NCBI RefSeq assembly: GCF_006345805.1
Contig: NC_043005.1
Location: 682,001 to 746,000 of the forward strand
Direction: 5' to 3'
Length of the DNA stretch: 64,000 nucleotides
Source of the DNA: Octopus sinensis
Taxonomy: Eukaryota
Made by a program: the position numbers and the translations under genes. The notes beneath the pieces were generated by a model. The model was given only the letters and a program-made list of their open reading frames with translations. It was not told the DNA's origin and did not search any database. Below are positions 1 to 16,000 of the stretch, in pieces. Within the stretch, counting starts at the first letter, position 1; every line of letters starts with the position of its first letter.

Positions 1-1004
1 TTTTTTTTTTCTTTTGGCTCACTTTCAAAGGGGTGGATTCAGTTTTTCTTTTTTTCCTAGTGATTTTTGACCACCCCTCCTCATTTTTCGTTTCCTCGCT
101 CTTTGTTTCCTCCGCCGCCGGTTCCGCTGCCTCTGTCACCTCCACACCTTCAGGCGTCCCTTCTGGGCCGCCCGACGCTGCTTCTGGTGACACCTCTTCT
201 GTTCTTCCACCTGGCTGAGCTGCTTCCTGCGGTTTGGGTTGGCATTCTGCTCTTACATGCCCTTTCTTACCGCAGCCGAAGCACCTCGGCTTTCTGCCCT
301 CTACAAAGACTGTGACTCGTTCCTCCTCACTGATTTTCAGTGTCTCCGGAATCTCTTCCAGGGTTTGTATCTCTGCCTGGATGGCTATCGTTATACGCTG
401 CCCTTTCCAATTTTCTTCCTCCTCTACTGTGGCCTGGAGGATGTTTATTTTTTCCTCCAGGCCTACCATAACTGCTACCACCAGACATATGGCGTCCGCT
501 TCTGGCGGAATATTGTTCATTGTTATCCTTGAGGTTCTTTTGCCTCTATACAGGGGGAGGAGAACAATATTCTCCGCTTTCATGGGTTCCATGGATAGCT
601 TTTTGGCTACCTCCTCCGTTGCAAATCTCACCTCCACCGTGCCGTATTTCTTCCCGCGATTGATGTACGTAATCTTATCCCTTATCGGCTTTAGGCAGTT
701 TTCTATTTTTTTCTCCTCTATTCTTTGTATAGACTTACTTGGGATGTTGAAAGTCTTGTATATTATTCTTTTTTTATCAATCTCTTCTTGCTTTTGGGCA
801 TTCGTAACCACCGTTACTTCTGTGCCCTCTTTTATCAAACAGTCTGCGTATTTCTGCAGGTTTTCAGTGTTAATTTTTTTTTATTTTCTTTCCAGCTACT
901 TCAGAAAATTTTCTAGCTGGTGCTGGGATTTCTCCTTTCTTCGGCGACACCGCCGGTGATCCTGCATCACTTGACACGGGTGAATAGGAGATGGGGGCGT
1001 CCAT
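1..1004 (-). CDS. ORF1 (gag-like, CCHC zinc knuckle) of a Tx1/L1-like non-LTR retrotransposon; one frameshift; runs off the window edge
   Basis: Manual translation: starts MDAPISYSPV (ATG at 1004), shifts frame in an A9 run (T9 at 874-882), then stays open ~290 codons to base 1. Contains CFGCGKKGHVRAEC (CX2CX4HX4C, 242-283) and an acidic then basic tail. Clade assignment is inferred from the layout only. Confidence 0.75.
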
Positions 1005-1663
1005 CTCCGAAAACTCGCTTAACAAGCCTTTAGCACAACCGCGACAAAAAGATTTTGGTTTTGCAAGCCTCAAGTGCAGCAATAATGATATTTTTTCCCC
1101 CACGGAGGAGGAACACCAACACGAAGCCCTCGCACGAAGGCTGATTACAATAATTGCACACCAACAGACAATACAGACAAAGTCAATCAGAAACACAGTA
1201 GAATATAACGGAAGAAAATATAATGACTCACTACACACTCAATGAAGACTGGAGGTGTTAGCTCTTCTTTTTTCTCTACATTGTATACTTTATAGATAAT
1301 AGTCTTTTCTTTAATTTAAGTTTTTATTATCCATCTGGACTATTCCATTTCTGCACGCTAATTTTATTTTTAATTTATTCCCATTCATGTGAAACCACTT
1401 ATTCAATTTCAAATCATTGATGCAATTTTATACCAATTGCTATTTTTACTTATATTATACATTAGTTTGATTTTAATTATTACTTACTACATATAATTCA
1501 ATTGTTATTATTATTTTTATTGTTAAAGTGAAAGCATCTGACAAAAAATAGAGAAATATTTTTGTTTCACTTTTAACACGTAATACTGAAATAGTAGAGA
1601 AGATATAATATTGCTATGGGCTCGCTCTAGGCAAGAAGTTGAACATTTCTTTTGCCCATGAAA

Positions 1664-1805
1664 CTGTGCGGTAAGAAGCTTTATTCTCAAACTCGTGGTT
1701 GCGGTGTTCAATCCCACTACAAGGAACCATGGGCATATGTCATCTAACATAGCTTCAAGCGATTCAAAACTGTGAATGGGACTATTATGAGAAGTCCGTC
1801 ATATA
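1664..1805 (+). mobile_element. Degenerate 5' half of the tRNA-derived SINE family
   Basis: GTGCGGTAAGAAGC...GGTGTTCAATCCCACT resembles the head of the SINE at 57776-58200 and the remnants at 19405 and 40965. Confidence 0.6.
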
Positions 1806-1943
1806 TATACATATATATAACAATAATATTAAGGAATGGCCTTGATAGGCCATTCAACTCACTAAAACGAGCAGCCAAACTCAAACCGCTAAACAGTAGT
1901 AATTCAGAAATCAAAGGAAAATTAAAAACATTTACCCTTATCA

Positions 1944-2049
1944 TCTTTGGACTATGTATAGTTTTGACGTACTTTTGCAAACCATCTCAATTAAATTAAA
2001 TTTAATTTAATTAAATAAATTTACCACTGGCCCGTCTCATCGGCAAAGA
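1944..2049 (-). ncRNA. Mutated inverted copy of the 2466-2557 hammerhead (G12A)
   Basis: Same stems on the minus strand, but the GAAA box reads AAAA. Confidence 0.55.
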
Positions 2050-2465
2050 AGCCAGGGGGAATATATATTCCACGAGGCAACAGCATCGATGCCTCGGGAA
2101 TATATACTCTAAATTTTCAAAAATCTACCGTCATCGCGCCAAATTATCAGCAGCAAATATAAACTGCTGATTTAACTTCAGAACTAGCCAAAAAATCATT
2201 AATTAATCAATATCAGGGTAGCAAAAAATTCAAGAGAAATTTTTTCGCCACTAGCGGTCTAGTGAGAAAGAACAAAATTGTCAACAGACTATATAATGCA
2301 CATTCAACAATAATATTAAGGAATGGCCTTGATAGGCCATTCAACTCACTAAAACGAACAGTAAAACTCAAACCGCTAAATAGTAGTAATTCAGAAATCA
2401 AAGGAAAATTAAAAACATTTACCCTTATCATCTTTTGCCTCGTGGAATATATATTCCCCCTGGCT

Positions 2466-2557
2466 TCTTTGCCGATGAGACGGGCCAGTGGTAAATTTAA
2501 TTTAATTTAATTGAGATGGTTTGCGAAAGTACGTCGAAACTATGCATAGTCCAAAGA
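2466..2557 (+). ncRNA. Type-I hammerhead ribozyme motif (U4C variant)
   Basis: Stem I TCTTTG/CAAAGA; core CCGATGA (2472-2478); stem II GACG/CGTC; GAAA (2536-2539); palindromic stem III ACTATGCATAGT; GUC cleavage triplet (C at 2551). Confidence 0.7.
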
Positions 2558-2723
2558 GTTTGGTTATTCGTTACAGTGGGTTGAATGGCCTATCAAGGCC
2601 ATTCCTTAATATTATTGTTGAATGTACATTATGTAGTCTGTTGACTATTTTTTCTTTCTCACTAGACCGTTTGTGGCGAAAAAATTTCTCTTGAATTTTA
2701 TGCTACCCTGATATTGATTAATT

Positions 2724-2762
<39 letters not shown>

Positions 2763-4304
2763 ACCCACATGCAATGGCTTCGTTGTTACGGAGATCTTTA
2801 TATTGATAGATCTAAAGATCTCGTTGCATTTGCAAACAGTATAGCTTTCACTAATCAGGAATCTTTATATTGATAAACAGGTAAGGAATGTGTGCATACA
2901 CCCACCCACATACAATGGCTTCGTTGTTACGGAGATCTTTATATTGATAAATCTAATGATCTCGTTGCATTTGCAAACAGTATAGCTTTCACTAATCAGG
3001 AAGGCTAAACTCTGGAGCTTGACGTTCTGATTGGACCAAGTGGTGTCCTGGTTGTGCATCAAGCATCAGGTTTAAATTTTATTCATGCTTTATTATTTTT
3101 GTTTGTTTGTTACTTTGGCCTACGTGTTTTTCAAATCTGGGCTTCGTTTCCGGCCTAGGGTTATACAATTTCTGCCTATTTTCTTTATGAAACTCTACTG
3201 CTTTTATTCGTTCCTTTTTTGTTTTTTTCTCTTTCGTTTTGCTCTCTTCTGTTTTCTATTTTTTCTTTTTAAGTCTCTTATTCTCTTTGTTTTTTGTTTT
3301 TTTGTTTTTTTGTTTTTACCTGACACACACTTAATCGGTTGAATGGAACTTCTCACAGCTTCTTCCGTTTCACTTTCCGTACCAACTTTCATTCCTGCAA
3401 TTTATACTATTTCCAGATTAACGTTCTGCTAGAAAACAAAGACGAATTCTCAGAAATTCATTGTCTTCAGCTCCCTATCTTCTCAGATTCTCACACATAA
3501 ACTACACTGAACTTTATATATTTTTCATTGGCTTTCGTAATTTTATTCACAGTTCTTATTCACATGAAACCTCTTATGATTCTACCAAAAAATATTTATG
3601 AAAACCCCTTTTTCGTAACGGATGGTTGCGGTCAGCTAAATGTCGTAATCTCTCCGTTTTGTAATCAAATAGAGGAGATTCAATTCAAGGGAGACATGTT
3701 TTAGTTTCAAATATTTTTGACTTGCAAATTGTTGCATGGAATCCCTTCTCCATGACTCGTACCCTAAAACGCATGGATTAAATCAACTCTTCCGTCTTCT
3801 TCACTAAGCCTTTCACATAACTAAATCTTTCTTGGTGGAATTTGAATATTTAAACTGAATATAGGACTAGATATTCATATGAGACGCTTGATAGCTTTCC
3901 TCTTTGTAGACAGCGTTGTATAATTAACGAGCGGAGAATAACTCGGGCAATACTCCATTCCGTGTGTCCTCCTCTCGTAATAGAAGCGTCGGGTGGCTGT
4001 CATGATACACGGATAGTCTTGGACATTCAAACCATGCTGGTTCTTGTGTTTCACGAGCTCTGACAGAAACAGAATCCTTGCAGTGAGGAAGAAAAGGAGG
4101 CAGAGAGATGAGAATCGGCACAAAGAAGGGAATTAGTAATTTATCGATAATGAAACAGCGAAAGGCATAAGTGGCCTGAGATGAGATTCGGACAAGAATG
4201 TAGAGAAAAGGAAAGACTACACAAGAAATTCTGTTGCATGCCAATCCGATGCCAATGTTTGCTAATAGTAATGGTGCAATGGAACATAACATATATAGCA
4301 GGGT

Positions 4305-4424
4305 CACTAGCATAGCTGGCGTGGGGCGGTAGGTGTGGTCCGCCAGGGCGGCACTTTTAAAGGGGTCTGGATGCGGCAAACGTAGGGGCCACCCCAGGCG
4401 GCACACATTCTAGCTCCGTTAGTG
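4305..4424. mobile_element. 120-bp MITE-like element (also at 21704-21823, ~34048-34168 and ~43239-43340)
   Basis: GC-rich island with imperfect terminal inverted repeats CACTAGC(A/G)TAGCTGG / CTAGCTCCGTTAGTG. Confidence 0.55.
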
Positions 4425-4866
4425 AGCACGGTGTATACATTTCTTTTATATGATAGTAATGGAAGCACTTGAGTAGAGAAAGTATCCCGTGCTCCGTGTG
4501 GCAGAACTGATCCAAATAAAGCGGTAATTACGAAAGGTCTGTATTTCTAGGAACAATGGAGGCAGTTCTGAGAATCTGGCTCCGAAATATCGTTTGCCGT
4601 GTGTTGGGAGAAACTGTTGGAAAGTTTCGACTCACTCGCATAGGAAAGAATTTATGTGAGAGAAGCGCAACTATTTGTATAGACATAAAAATCAATAATA
4701 ATTTATAAGCTAGGCAAAGAATGCCTACAGAAATAAACACACATGGGGAGCGCCCTGTATCGAGCCTCTTTATGTTGAAGCATCTGCAGACGTATGACAA
4801 GTGGTGAAACATCATTTCACTATGGCAATATGAAATGGAAATATTTATCGACTTCCTACACACTCA

Positions 4867-7423
4867 GTAATAAGACTCATGCTCTCAGGAACGACTCATT
4901 GCAAACAAACACAGGTGGAGTCACCTGCTCTACCTCACCAATGCCCTAGTCATGGAACAAGTTGTACTCAGACCAACGAGGGAAAATAACATTTTGGATC
5001 TCTGCTTCACAAACAATATAGACATTATTCATGATGTGAAAGTAACGCCGACATTAGTCTCGGATCACAACATAATAGAGCTTTCTATGTTTGGGCCGAA
5101 AGAAGCCAGAGGCATACAGCCAAAAGGAAGCACCCGAAATCTCTCCAATCGGAACTTCCACAAAGTAGACTGGAAACCGATCCAAAAAGAGATCCGCAGA
5201 CAACTGTCCGAAATGTCTCTCGGCACCAGACGTTGGCATGAAACTAGAATATTTCATGTCTGTTATGCAAGCCATATGCCAGAAATATCTTTCAGAGCAC
5301 AAGGCCACAACAAATAGGAACAAGATTCTAAAGGAGAGGGAGATTCTCATGAGACGACGGACGAAGGTTGCAAATCGCCTCAACCAACATGCCAAAAGTA
5401 GAGAAAGGTCCCGCCTAAAAACAACACTGATGTAGATTGGAAAAAGCTTGAAACAATTTTATGTGAGGGATAGAGTAAACAAAGAAGCCTGGGTTAGTAA
5501 AAACATTAAGTCAAATCCAAAGGCCTTCTTTCATTACGCCACAGAAACAGCATCATTACACCGCAAGATAGGATCCCTCTTCCAAAAGGATGGCACCCTC
5601 ACAGAAAGCCCAACCAGGATCAGTGAGGTACTGAATGACCAGTTCAAAACTGTCTTTATCACTCCGTTGGAACACAGACAAGTGAATTAACCGGTGGACT
5701 TTTTTTGCCGCCTCACCTATAACCAGCGAGGCAATTACGATGGAATACATCGACATTAGCGAAGAAGATTTACTAACCATAGATGAAGTGGACGCAAACT
5801 CAACGGATGGTCCTGATGGTTTACCAGCAATCCTCCTCAAATCGTGTAAGCATGCCCTGGTAAAACCCCTCCAGATTTTCTTCCAGAGCTTTCTTGCAAA
5901 TGGCAGACTGCCAAGCAAGCTGAAGGAGGTAATAATATGCCCAGTCAACAAAGGAAGCAGAGCAGATGCCAAAAATTATTGGCATATCTCTCTAACTTCA
6001 CACATCAGCAAAGTCATGGAACGGATCGTCAGAGGGAAACCAATTGCATACCTTGAAGAAAATCATTTATTGAGTGATACCCAGCATGACTTTCGAACAG
6101 GTAGGAGCTGCCTGACCCAGCTCTTACAACATTATGAATTGGTGTCAAGGCAGTTACTGAACAACACAAATGTGGACGTAACATACCTTGATGTCGCAAA
6201 AGCTGTTGATTAGGGTATGATATGCAACAAACTGCGATTTCTCGGCATAGCTGGAAAACTTGTAGAGTGGTTACATGACTTTCTGAAAGATAGAAGTCAG
6301 GCAGTAGTGGCCAATAGCGCCACCTCAACGAAAACACAAATAGTGAGCGGTGTTCCACAGGGCACTGTCTTGGCACCGCTGCTTTTCATAGTGGCCCTCT
6401 TAGATATGCCCTCAACTGCTCGGATAGCTACCCTTGCAAGGTACGCAGACGATACGAATGTCTCGAAGAAAATACAGAAACCCAGCAATGTTGCACACCT
6501 GCAGCAGGAGATGACCTCAATTTACAGATGGGCTGAGGATAATAATATGCAGTTAAATGCTGAAAAATTCCAAGCCCTGCGCGTCCAAAACTCAATATGA
6601 AACTTACAGGGTACACTGGTCAACAGGGAATTTTAATCCCAGAGCCTAAGTCAATGAAGGACCTGGGTATCGACATGTGTGATGATATCGCTTTTCAAGT
6701 GCACATTACCAGGATGGTGACAAAGTGCAGACGACTGACTCGATGGATCCTGAGAATATTCAGAACGAGCGAGAAGCAAACCATGATGGTCTACTGGAGG
6801 ACATTCTTCTCCAGCCGCATGGATTCCTGCTTCCAGCTATGGTCACCCAACAGTGTAAAATTAACAGCGGACCTTGAAGTAATCCAGCGAAGCTTCACAA
6901 AGAAGATCGTCTCATTGCAACAGCTCAGCTAATTGGAAAGGTTGCAACAGCTAAGACTCTACTCCCTGAAGCGAAGGCGGGAGAGGTATGCAGTAATATA
7001 TACATCTGGAAGATCCTGGAAGGAATTGTGCCAAATTTTGGCATTGGAAGCTACATCAATGCAAGGAACGGGTTGACACTGCACACTGCCAAATATCCCA
7101 GCAATGCCATCGGGCTTCAGGACCAGTTACTGCAACAACCTGTGTTTCGGGGGCCCACATCTTGTTTAATATTCTCCCAAAGAACCTGAGGAATCTGCAC
7201 AAAGTAGATGTAGGCGTTTTTCAATCAAAGCTGGACGTCTTCCTGTCGAGAGTCCCAAATGAATGTACCTCAAGGCAAGAGGTGCAAATAAGGGTAGCTA
7301 TATCAAACTTCATTCTAAACCAAGTGGCATATATTAGAGGAGGATCTCAGTAATCAGTGTAGCAAAACAGCGGTGCTCCAACACGGCCACAGCAATGAGC
7401 TGAAATTATAAAAATGTATGTAC

Positions 7424-7425
<2 letters not shown>
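4867..7425 (+). pseudogene. 5'-truncated CR1-group LINE (family alpha), degraded endonuclease C-terminus plus RT
   Basis: Fragments PTRENNILDLCFTNN...SDH, GPDGL, ISLTSHISKVMER, SGVPQGTVLAPLLF, YADDT and SLKRRRERY; many stops and frameshifts; 3' end abuts (TA)n. Confidence 0.9.
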
Positions 7426-8166
<741 letters not shown>

Positions 8167-8174
8167 TATATATA

Positions 8175-9843
8175 GATGAGTGTATTTTACCTTGTTAACA
8201 ATTAACACGGAAAAATAAATAAATAGTTACCAGGGCAGCAAAAATCTCACAAGTAAAGATGTTGTAACTCCTTGTTTATAAAGGTTGAAACTTCGTGTTT
8301 TCGTTGAATATTTTGAATAATATGAATAAAAAATGGAGTTAACGCAGGTTTAAACAAGTATTTTTACTTTCTACATATGTTTCGAAAATTCCACTGATAC
8401 TATTCAAAAGAATAAAAGGTATAAACAATGCAATCTTCTCTTCGGGAAAGTGAAAAAACGAAACTCGTCAATACGACATTTTAGCAAAAAATTATGGATT
8501 CGTATAGCGATAGACAGAACGCTATTAATATTGTTTAAAAAAACGTTATATGATATAACGTCATAAGTAGCTAACAGAAAGAGTAGGGATATTAATAGTG
8601 AATGTTAAATATAAAGGAAATAAAGTTTAAACTATATATAATGATAGAGACTACTTATATGCACTAAAAGTATGTTTCTGCCAATGCTTACATCTGTATG
8701 CTCGTTCTATAACCGTGTTTACTAGAGTATTTTTAGAAAAAATAATGAAAAATAGCTCAGAATTGCAGAGAAGACAGAATTTCTTGCCTTTGTCATATGG
8801 TATCGAAATTGAGAGGATCAACCATTCTAAATGAAATTGTTCATTGTGGTCTTTTAAATCCAAAATCAGTTTGCTGAGACCGGTACTATTCCGTTTATTT
8901 CTATCCCTAAATGTTGAGTAATGGATAGAAATTCTTTTAGATAACTCTAACGATGTGCTTCCAATGTAAAATCGTACTTTATTACGAGTACTGATTATAC
9001 ACTGGTATATAGTATTTTTAATCTTAGAGTTACTTGACATAAATTTAATTCTATTGGAATTGACTTCAGATACAATAACCTTGTTATTAATATTTCTAGA
9101 GGGTTGGATTGTATTAGCTAAATTAATGTTAGTATTAGTAAATGTATTAATATTTAACAGTTTGTTATTATGAGAAGATATAATTTGCAAGAGATTTTTT
9201 GTGTTTGAAAAACCTACCCTAACCTTATGTGAATTAATTATAGAGTAATATCTAGAATTGTTTGGAAAATTCCTAGCAATAGCTTGACGAAATAGCAGTG
9301 GGAGATTAGATTTAATTTGTCTCCCGTAAGGAATTATTAACCAAATATTTTTACTAGTATTCATAGCGAAATTACTTTTGAAGGTGTTATATTTACTTTT
9401 AGATCGGTAATAGGGGAATAAATAAGGGTTATCTGCCTTCATTCGCTTTGTATCGGTGCGTAAGTTATGTTTGTTATCAATAATTCTTTTACGACTAGAA
9501 ATCTTATCTACATTATTGAATTTACAATTAGACTGAGCAGAATCAATGTAGAACATTTTTTGTGTATAACCTGCTTTGATTAAGGCAGAGTTATAGAATT
9601 CAGCGTTATTATTGAAAATATCAACATTAGCAGATAATTTAGATAATCTAAATGAAATATTCTTAACTTAATTCTTAGTAATTGCTCCAGGATGATTACT
9701 AAATTTGCTAATGTACTTAAGATTGGTCAACGGTTTATGATATGGGAAGTAAGAGTCACTGCGTAACTTAAGCGTAATATCTAAAAAGTTGGCCTTCGTC
9801 AGATCGTCATCAAAAACGATTTTTAAGCCCATTCTACTGAAAA
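8175..9843 (-). mobile_element. 5'-truncated Penelope-like element (PLE-1), left palindrome arm
   Basis: RT C-terminus (NFLDITL...PYHKP...SNHP, with stops) followed by a GIY-YIG ORF and 3' UTR. Confidence 0.85.
8651..9556 (-). CDS. PLE linker plus GIY-YIG endonuclease, 301 aa
   Basis: TIYQCIIS...FYIGSTS...KRISIH motif and C-terminal CLLCNSE...LVN...RCKH; identical to the ORF at 10734-11639. Confidence 0.85.
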   Translation of the reverse strand: MFYIDSAQSNCKFNNVDKISSRKRIIDNKHNLRTDTKRMKADNPYLFPYYRSKSKYNTFKSNFAMNTSKNIWLIIPYGRQIKSNLPLLFRQAIARNFPNNSRYYSIINSHKVRVGFSNTKNLLQIISSHNNKLLNINTFTNTNINLANTIQPSRNINNKVIVSEVNSNRIKFMSSNSKIKNTIYQCIISTRNKVRFYIGSTSLELSKRISIHYSTFRDRNKRNSTGLSKLILDLKDHNEQFHLEWLILSISIPYDKGKKFCLLCNSELFFIIFSKNTLVNTVIERAYRCKHWQKHTFSAYK

Positions 9844-10446
9844 AATTTCTGCATATTTTCTTTATGAAACTCTACTGCTTTTATTCGTTCCTTTTTTCTT
9901 TCTCGTTTTGCTCTCTTCTGTTTTCTATTTTTTCTTTTTAAGTCTCTTATTCTCTTTGTTTTTTTTTTTGTTTTTTTTTTTACCTGACACACACTTAATC
10001 GGTTGAATGGAACTTCTCACAGCATCTTCCGTTTCACTTTCCGTACCAACTTTCATTCCTGCAATTTATACTATTTCCATATTAACGTTCTGCTAGAAAA
10101 CAAAGACGATTTCTCAGAAATTCATTGTCTTCAGCTCCCTATCTTCTCAGATTTTCTATAGACAATGAATTTCTGAGAAATCGTCTTTGTTTTCTAGCAG
10201 AACGTTAATATGGAAATAGTATAAATTGCAGGAATGAAAGTTGGTACGGAAAGTGAAACGGAAGATGCTGTGAGAAGTTCCATTCAACCGATTAAGTGTG
10301 TGTCAGGTAAAAAAAAAAACAAAAAAAAAAACAAAGAGAATAAGAGACTTAAAAAGAAAAAATAGAAAACAGAAGAGAGCAAAACGAGAAAGAAAAAAGG
10401 AACGAATAAAAGCAGTAGAGTTTCATAAAGAAAATATGCAGAAATT

Positions 10447-12882
<2,436 letters not shown>

Positions 12883-12886
<4 letters not shown>

Positions 12887-15243
12887 TGTACATACATTTT
12901 TATAATTTCAGCTCATTGCTGTGGCCGTGTTGGAGCACCGCTGTTTTGCTACACTGATTACTGAGATCCTCCTCTAATATATGCCACTTGGTTTAGAATG
13001 AAGTTTGATATAGCTACCCTTATTTGCACCTCTTGCCTTGAGGTACATTCATTTGGGACTCTCGACAGGAAGACGTCCAGCTTTGATTGAAAAACGCCTA
13101 CATCTACTTTGTGCAGATTCCTCAGGTTCTTTGGGAGAATATTAAACAAGATGTGGGCCCCCGAAACACAGGTTGTTGCAGTAACTGGTCCTGAAGCCCG
13201 ATGGCATTGCTGGGATATTTGGCAGTGTGCAGTGTCAACCCGTTCCTTGCATTGATGTAGCTTCCAATGCCAAAATTTGGCACAATTCCTTCCAGGATCT
13301 TCCAGATGTATATATTACTGCATACCTCTCCCGCCTTCGCTTCAGGGAGTAGAGTCTTAGCTGTTGCAACCTTTCCAATTAGCTGAGCTGTTGCAATGAG
13401 ACGATCTTCTTTGTGAAGCTTCGCTGGATTACTTCAAGGTCCGCTGTTAATTTTACACTGTTGGGTGACCATAGCTGGAAGCAGGAATCCATGCGGCTGG
13501 AGAAGAATGTCCTCCAGTAGACCATCATGGTTTGCTTCTCGCTCGTTCTGAATATTCTCAGGATCCATCGAGTCAGTCGTCTGCACTTTGTCACCATCCT
13601 GGTAATGTGCACTTGAAAAGCGATATCATCACACATGTCGATACCCAGGTCCTTCATTGACTTAGGCTCTGGGATTAAAATTCCCTGTGGACCAGTGTAC
13701 CCTGTAAGTTTCATATTGAGTTTTGGATGCTGGTAGCGCAGGGCTTGGAATTTTTCAGCATTTAACTGCATATTATTATCCTCAGCCCATCTGTAAATTG
13801 AGGTCATCTCCTGCTGCAGGTGTGCAACATTGCTGGGCTTCTGTATTTTCTTCGAGACATTCGTATCGTCTGCGTACCTTGCAAGGGTAGCTATCCGAGG
13901 AGTTGAGGGCATATCTAAGAGGGCCACTATGAAAAGCAGCGGTGCCAAGACAGTGCCCTGTGGAACACCGCTCACTATTTGTGTTTTCGTTGAGGTGGCA
14001 CCATTGGCCACTACTTCCTGACTTCTATCTTTCAGAAAGTCATGTTACCACTCTACAAGTTTTCCAGCTATGCCGAGAAATCACAGTTTGTGGCATATCA
14101 TACCCTAATCAACAGCTTTTGCAAAATCAAGGTATGTTACGTCCACATTTGAGTTTGTTGAGTAACTGCCTTAACACCAAGTCATAATGTTGTAAGAGCT
14201 GGGTCGGGCAGCTCCTACCTGTTCGAAAGTCATGCTGGGTATCACTCAATAAATGATTTTCTTCAAGGTATGCAATTGGTTTCCCTCTGACGATCCGTTC
14301 CATGACTTTGCTGATGTGTGAAGTCAGAGAGATATGCCAATAGTTTTTGGCATCTGCTCTGCTTCCTTTGTTGACTGGGCATATTATTACCTCCTTCAGC
14401 TTGCTTGGCAGTCTGCCATTTGCAAGAAAGCTCTGGAAGGAAATCTTGAGGGGTTTTACCAGGGCATGCTTACACGATTTGAGGAGGATTTCTGGTAAAC
14501 CATCAGGACAATCAATTGAGTTTGCGTCCACTTCATCTATGGTTAGTAAATCTTCTTCGCTAATGTCGATGTATTCCATCGTAATTGCCTCGCTGGTTAT
14601 AGGTGAGGCGGCAAAAAAGTCCACCGGTTAATTCACTTGTCTGTGTCCCAACGGAGTGATAAAGACAGTTTTGAACTGGTCATTCAGTACCTCACTGATC
14701 CTGGTTGGGCTTTCTGTGAGGGTGCCATCCTTTTGGAAGAGGGATCCTATCTTGCGGTGTAATGATGCTGTTTCTGTGGCGTAATGAAAGAAGGCCTTTG
14801 GATTTGACTTAATGTTTTTACTAACCCAGGCTTCTTTGTCTACTCTATCCCTCTCATAAAATTGTTTCAAGCTTTTTCCAATCTACATCAGTGTTGTTTT
14901 TAGGCGAGACCTTTCACTACTTTTGGCATGTTGGTTGAGGCGATTTGCAACCTTCGTCCGTCATATCATGAGAATCTTCCTCTCCTTTGGAATCTTGTTC
15001 CTATTAGTTGTAGCCTTGTGCTCTGATACATATTTCTGGCATATGGCTTGCATAACAGACATGAAATATTCTAGTTTCATGCCAATGTCTGGTGTGGAGA
15101 GACATTTCGGACAGTCCTGTCTGCGGATCTCTTTTTGGATCGGTTTCCAGTCTACTTTGTGGAAGTTCCGATTGGAGAGATTTCGGGTGCTTCCTTTTGG
15201 CTGTATGCCTCTGGCTTCTTTCGGCCCAAACATAGAAAGCTCT
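12883..15243 (-). pseudogene. CR1-alpha, inverted copy
   Basis: ORF fragments 13379-14011, 14127-14624 and 14628-14870 match the plus-strand copies. Confidence 0.9.
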
Positions 15244-15592
15244 GCACACTGCCAAATATCCCAGCAATGCCATCGGGCCTCAGGACCAGTTACTGCAACA
15301 ACCTGTGTTTCGGGGGCCCACATCTTGTTTAATATTCTCCTAAAGAGCCTGAGGAATCTGCACAAAGTAGATGTAGGCGTTTTTCAATCAAAGCTGGGCG
15401 TCTTCTTGTCGAGAGTCCCAGATGAACGTACCTCAAGGCATGAGGTGCAAACAAAGGTAGCTATATCAAACTCCATTCTACACCAAGTGGCATATATTAG
15501 AGGAGGATCTCAGTAATCAATGTAGTAAATCAACGGTGCTCCAACATGGCCACAGCAATGAGCTGAAATTATAAAAATGTATGTACATATTT
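15242..15592 (+). mobile_element. CR1-alpha 3' end fragment, start of the next unit copy
   Basis: Matches 7081-7425; joined to the inverted copy at ...AAAGCTCT/GCACACTGCC. Confidence 0.85.
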
Positions 15593-15598
15593 TATATA

Positions 15599-15630
<32 letters not shown>

Positions 15631-15928
15631 ATTATATTAGGGAATAAATCCAAACTTACAGGGAAAGAATGAGATTTAGGATTAAATCCAATTTTATAGT
15701 ACAAATATATTATATTATATTATATTAAATTAGAGATAAAACCACTGTTAGGCAAATCAAACAGTGAAAAACATAAGCCAATACATAAAATTAATTTAAA
15801 ACTATAAAAGTTAAAAATAAAAAATTATTTAACTAATTTAAACTTATAAATTTTATTTATATATACAAATATATGTATATATATGTATGTATGTATATTT
15901 TTATATTTGTATATTATTTTATTAATTA

Positions 15929-15959
<31 letters not shown>

Positions 15960-16000
15960 TATATCAAAAGTATTAAAAGTTTATTAAAAGATAAAGAGTA

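Larger units (their letters stand above)
1818..2724. repeat. Rearranged fold-back cassette (direct plus inverted segments) carrying hammerhead motifs, probably PLE terminal-repeat derived
   Basis: 1818-1944 is repeated directly at ~2305-2432; 1945-2080 is inverted at 2433-2557; ~2195-2345 is inverted at 2578-2724. Confidence 0.75.
2730..7425 (+). repeat. Partial copy of the ~9.2-kb amplified unit
   Basis: Collinear with 20250-24829 and 32520-37182; same ORF fragments with a few substitutions. Confidence 0.9.

Noticed and set aside
234-959. 241-aa plus-strand ORF
   Set aside because: It is the antisense shadow of the minus-strand zinc-knuckle ORF1.
3085-3342. Hydrophobic F/L-rich ORF repeated in each unit copy (apparent membrane protein)
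   Set aside because: It arises from T-rich low-complexity DNA; length and frame vary among copies.
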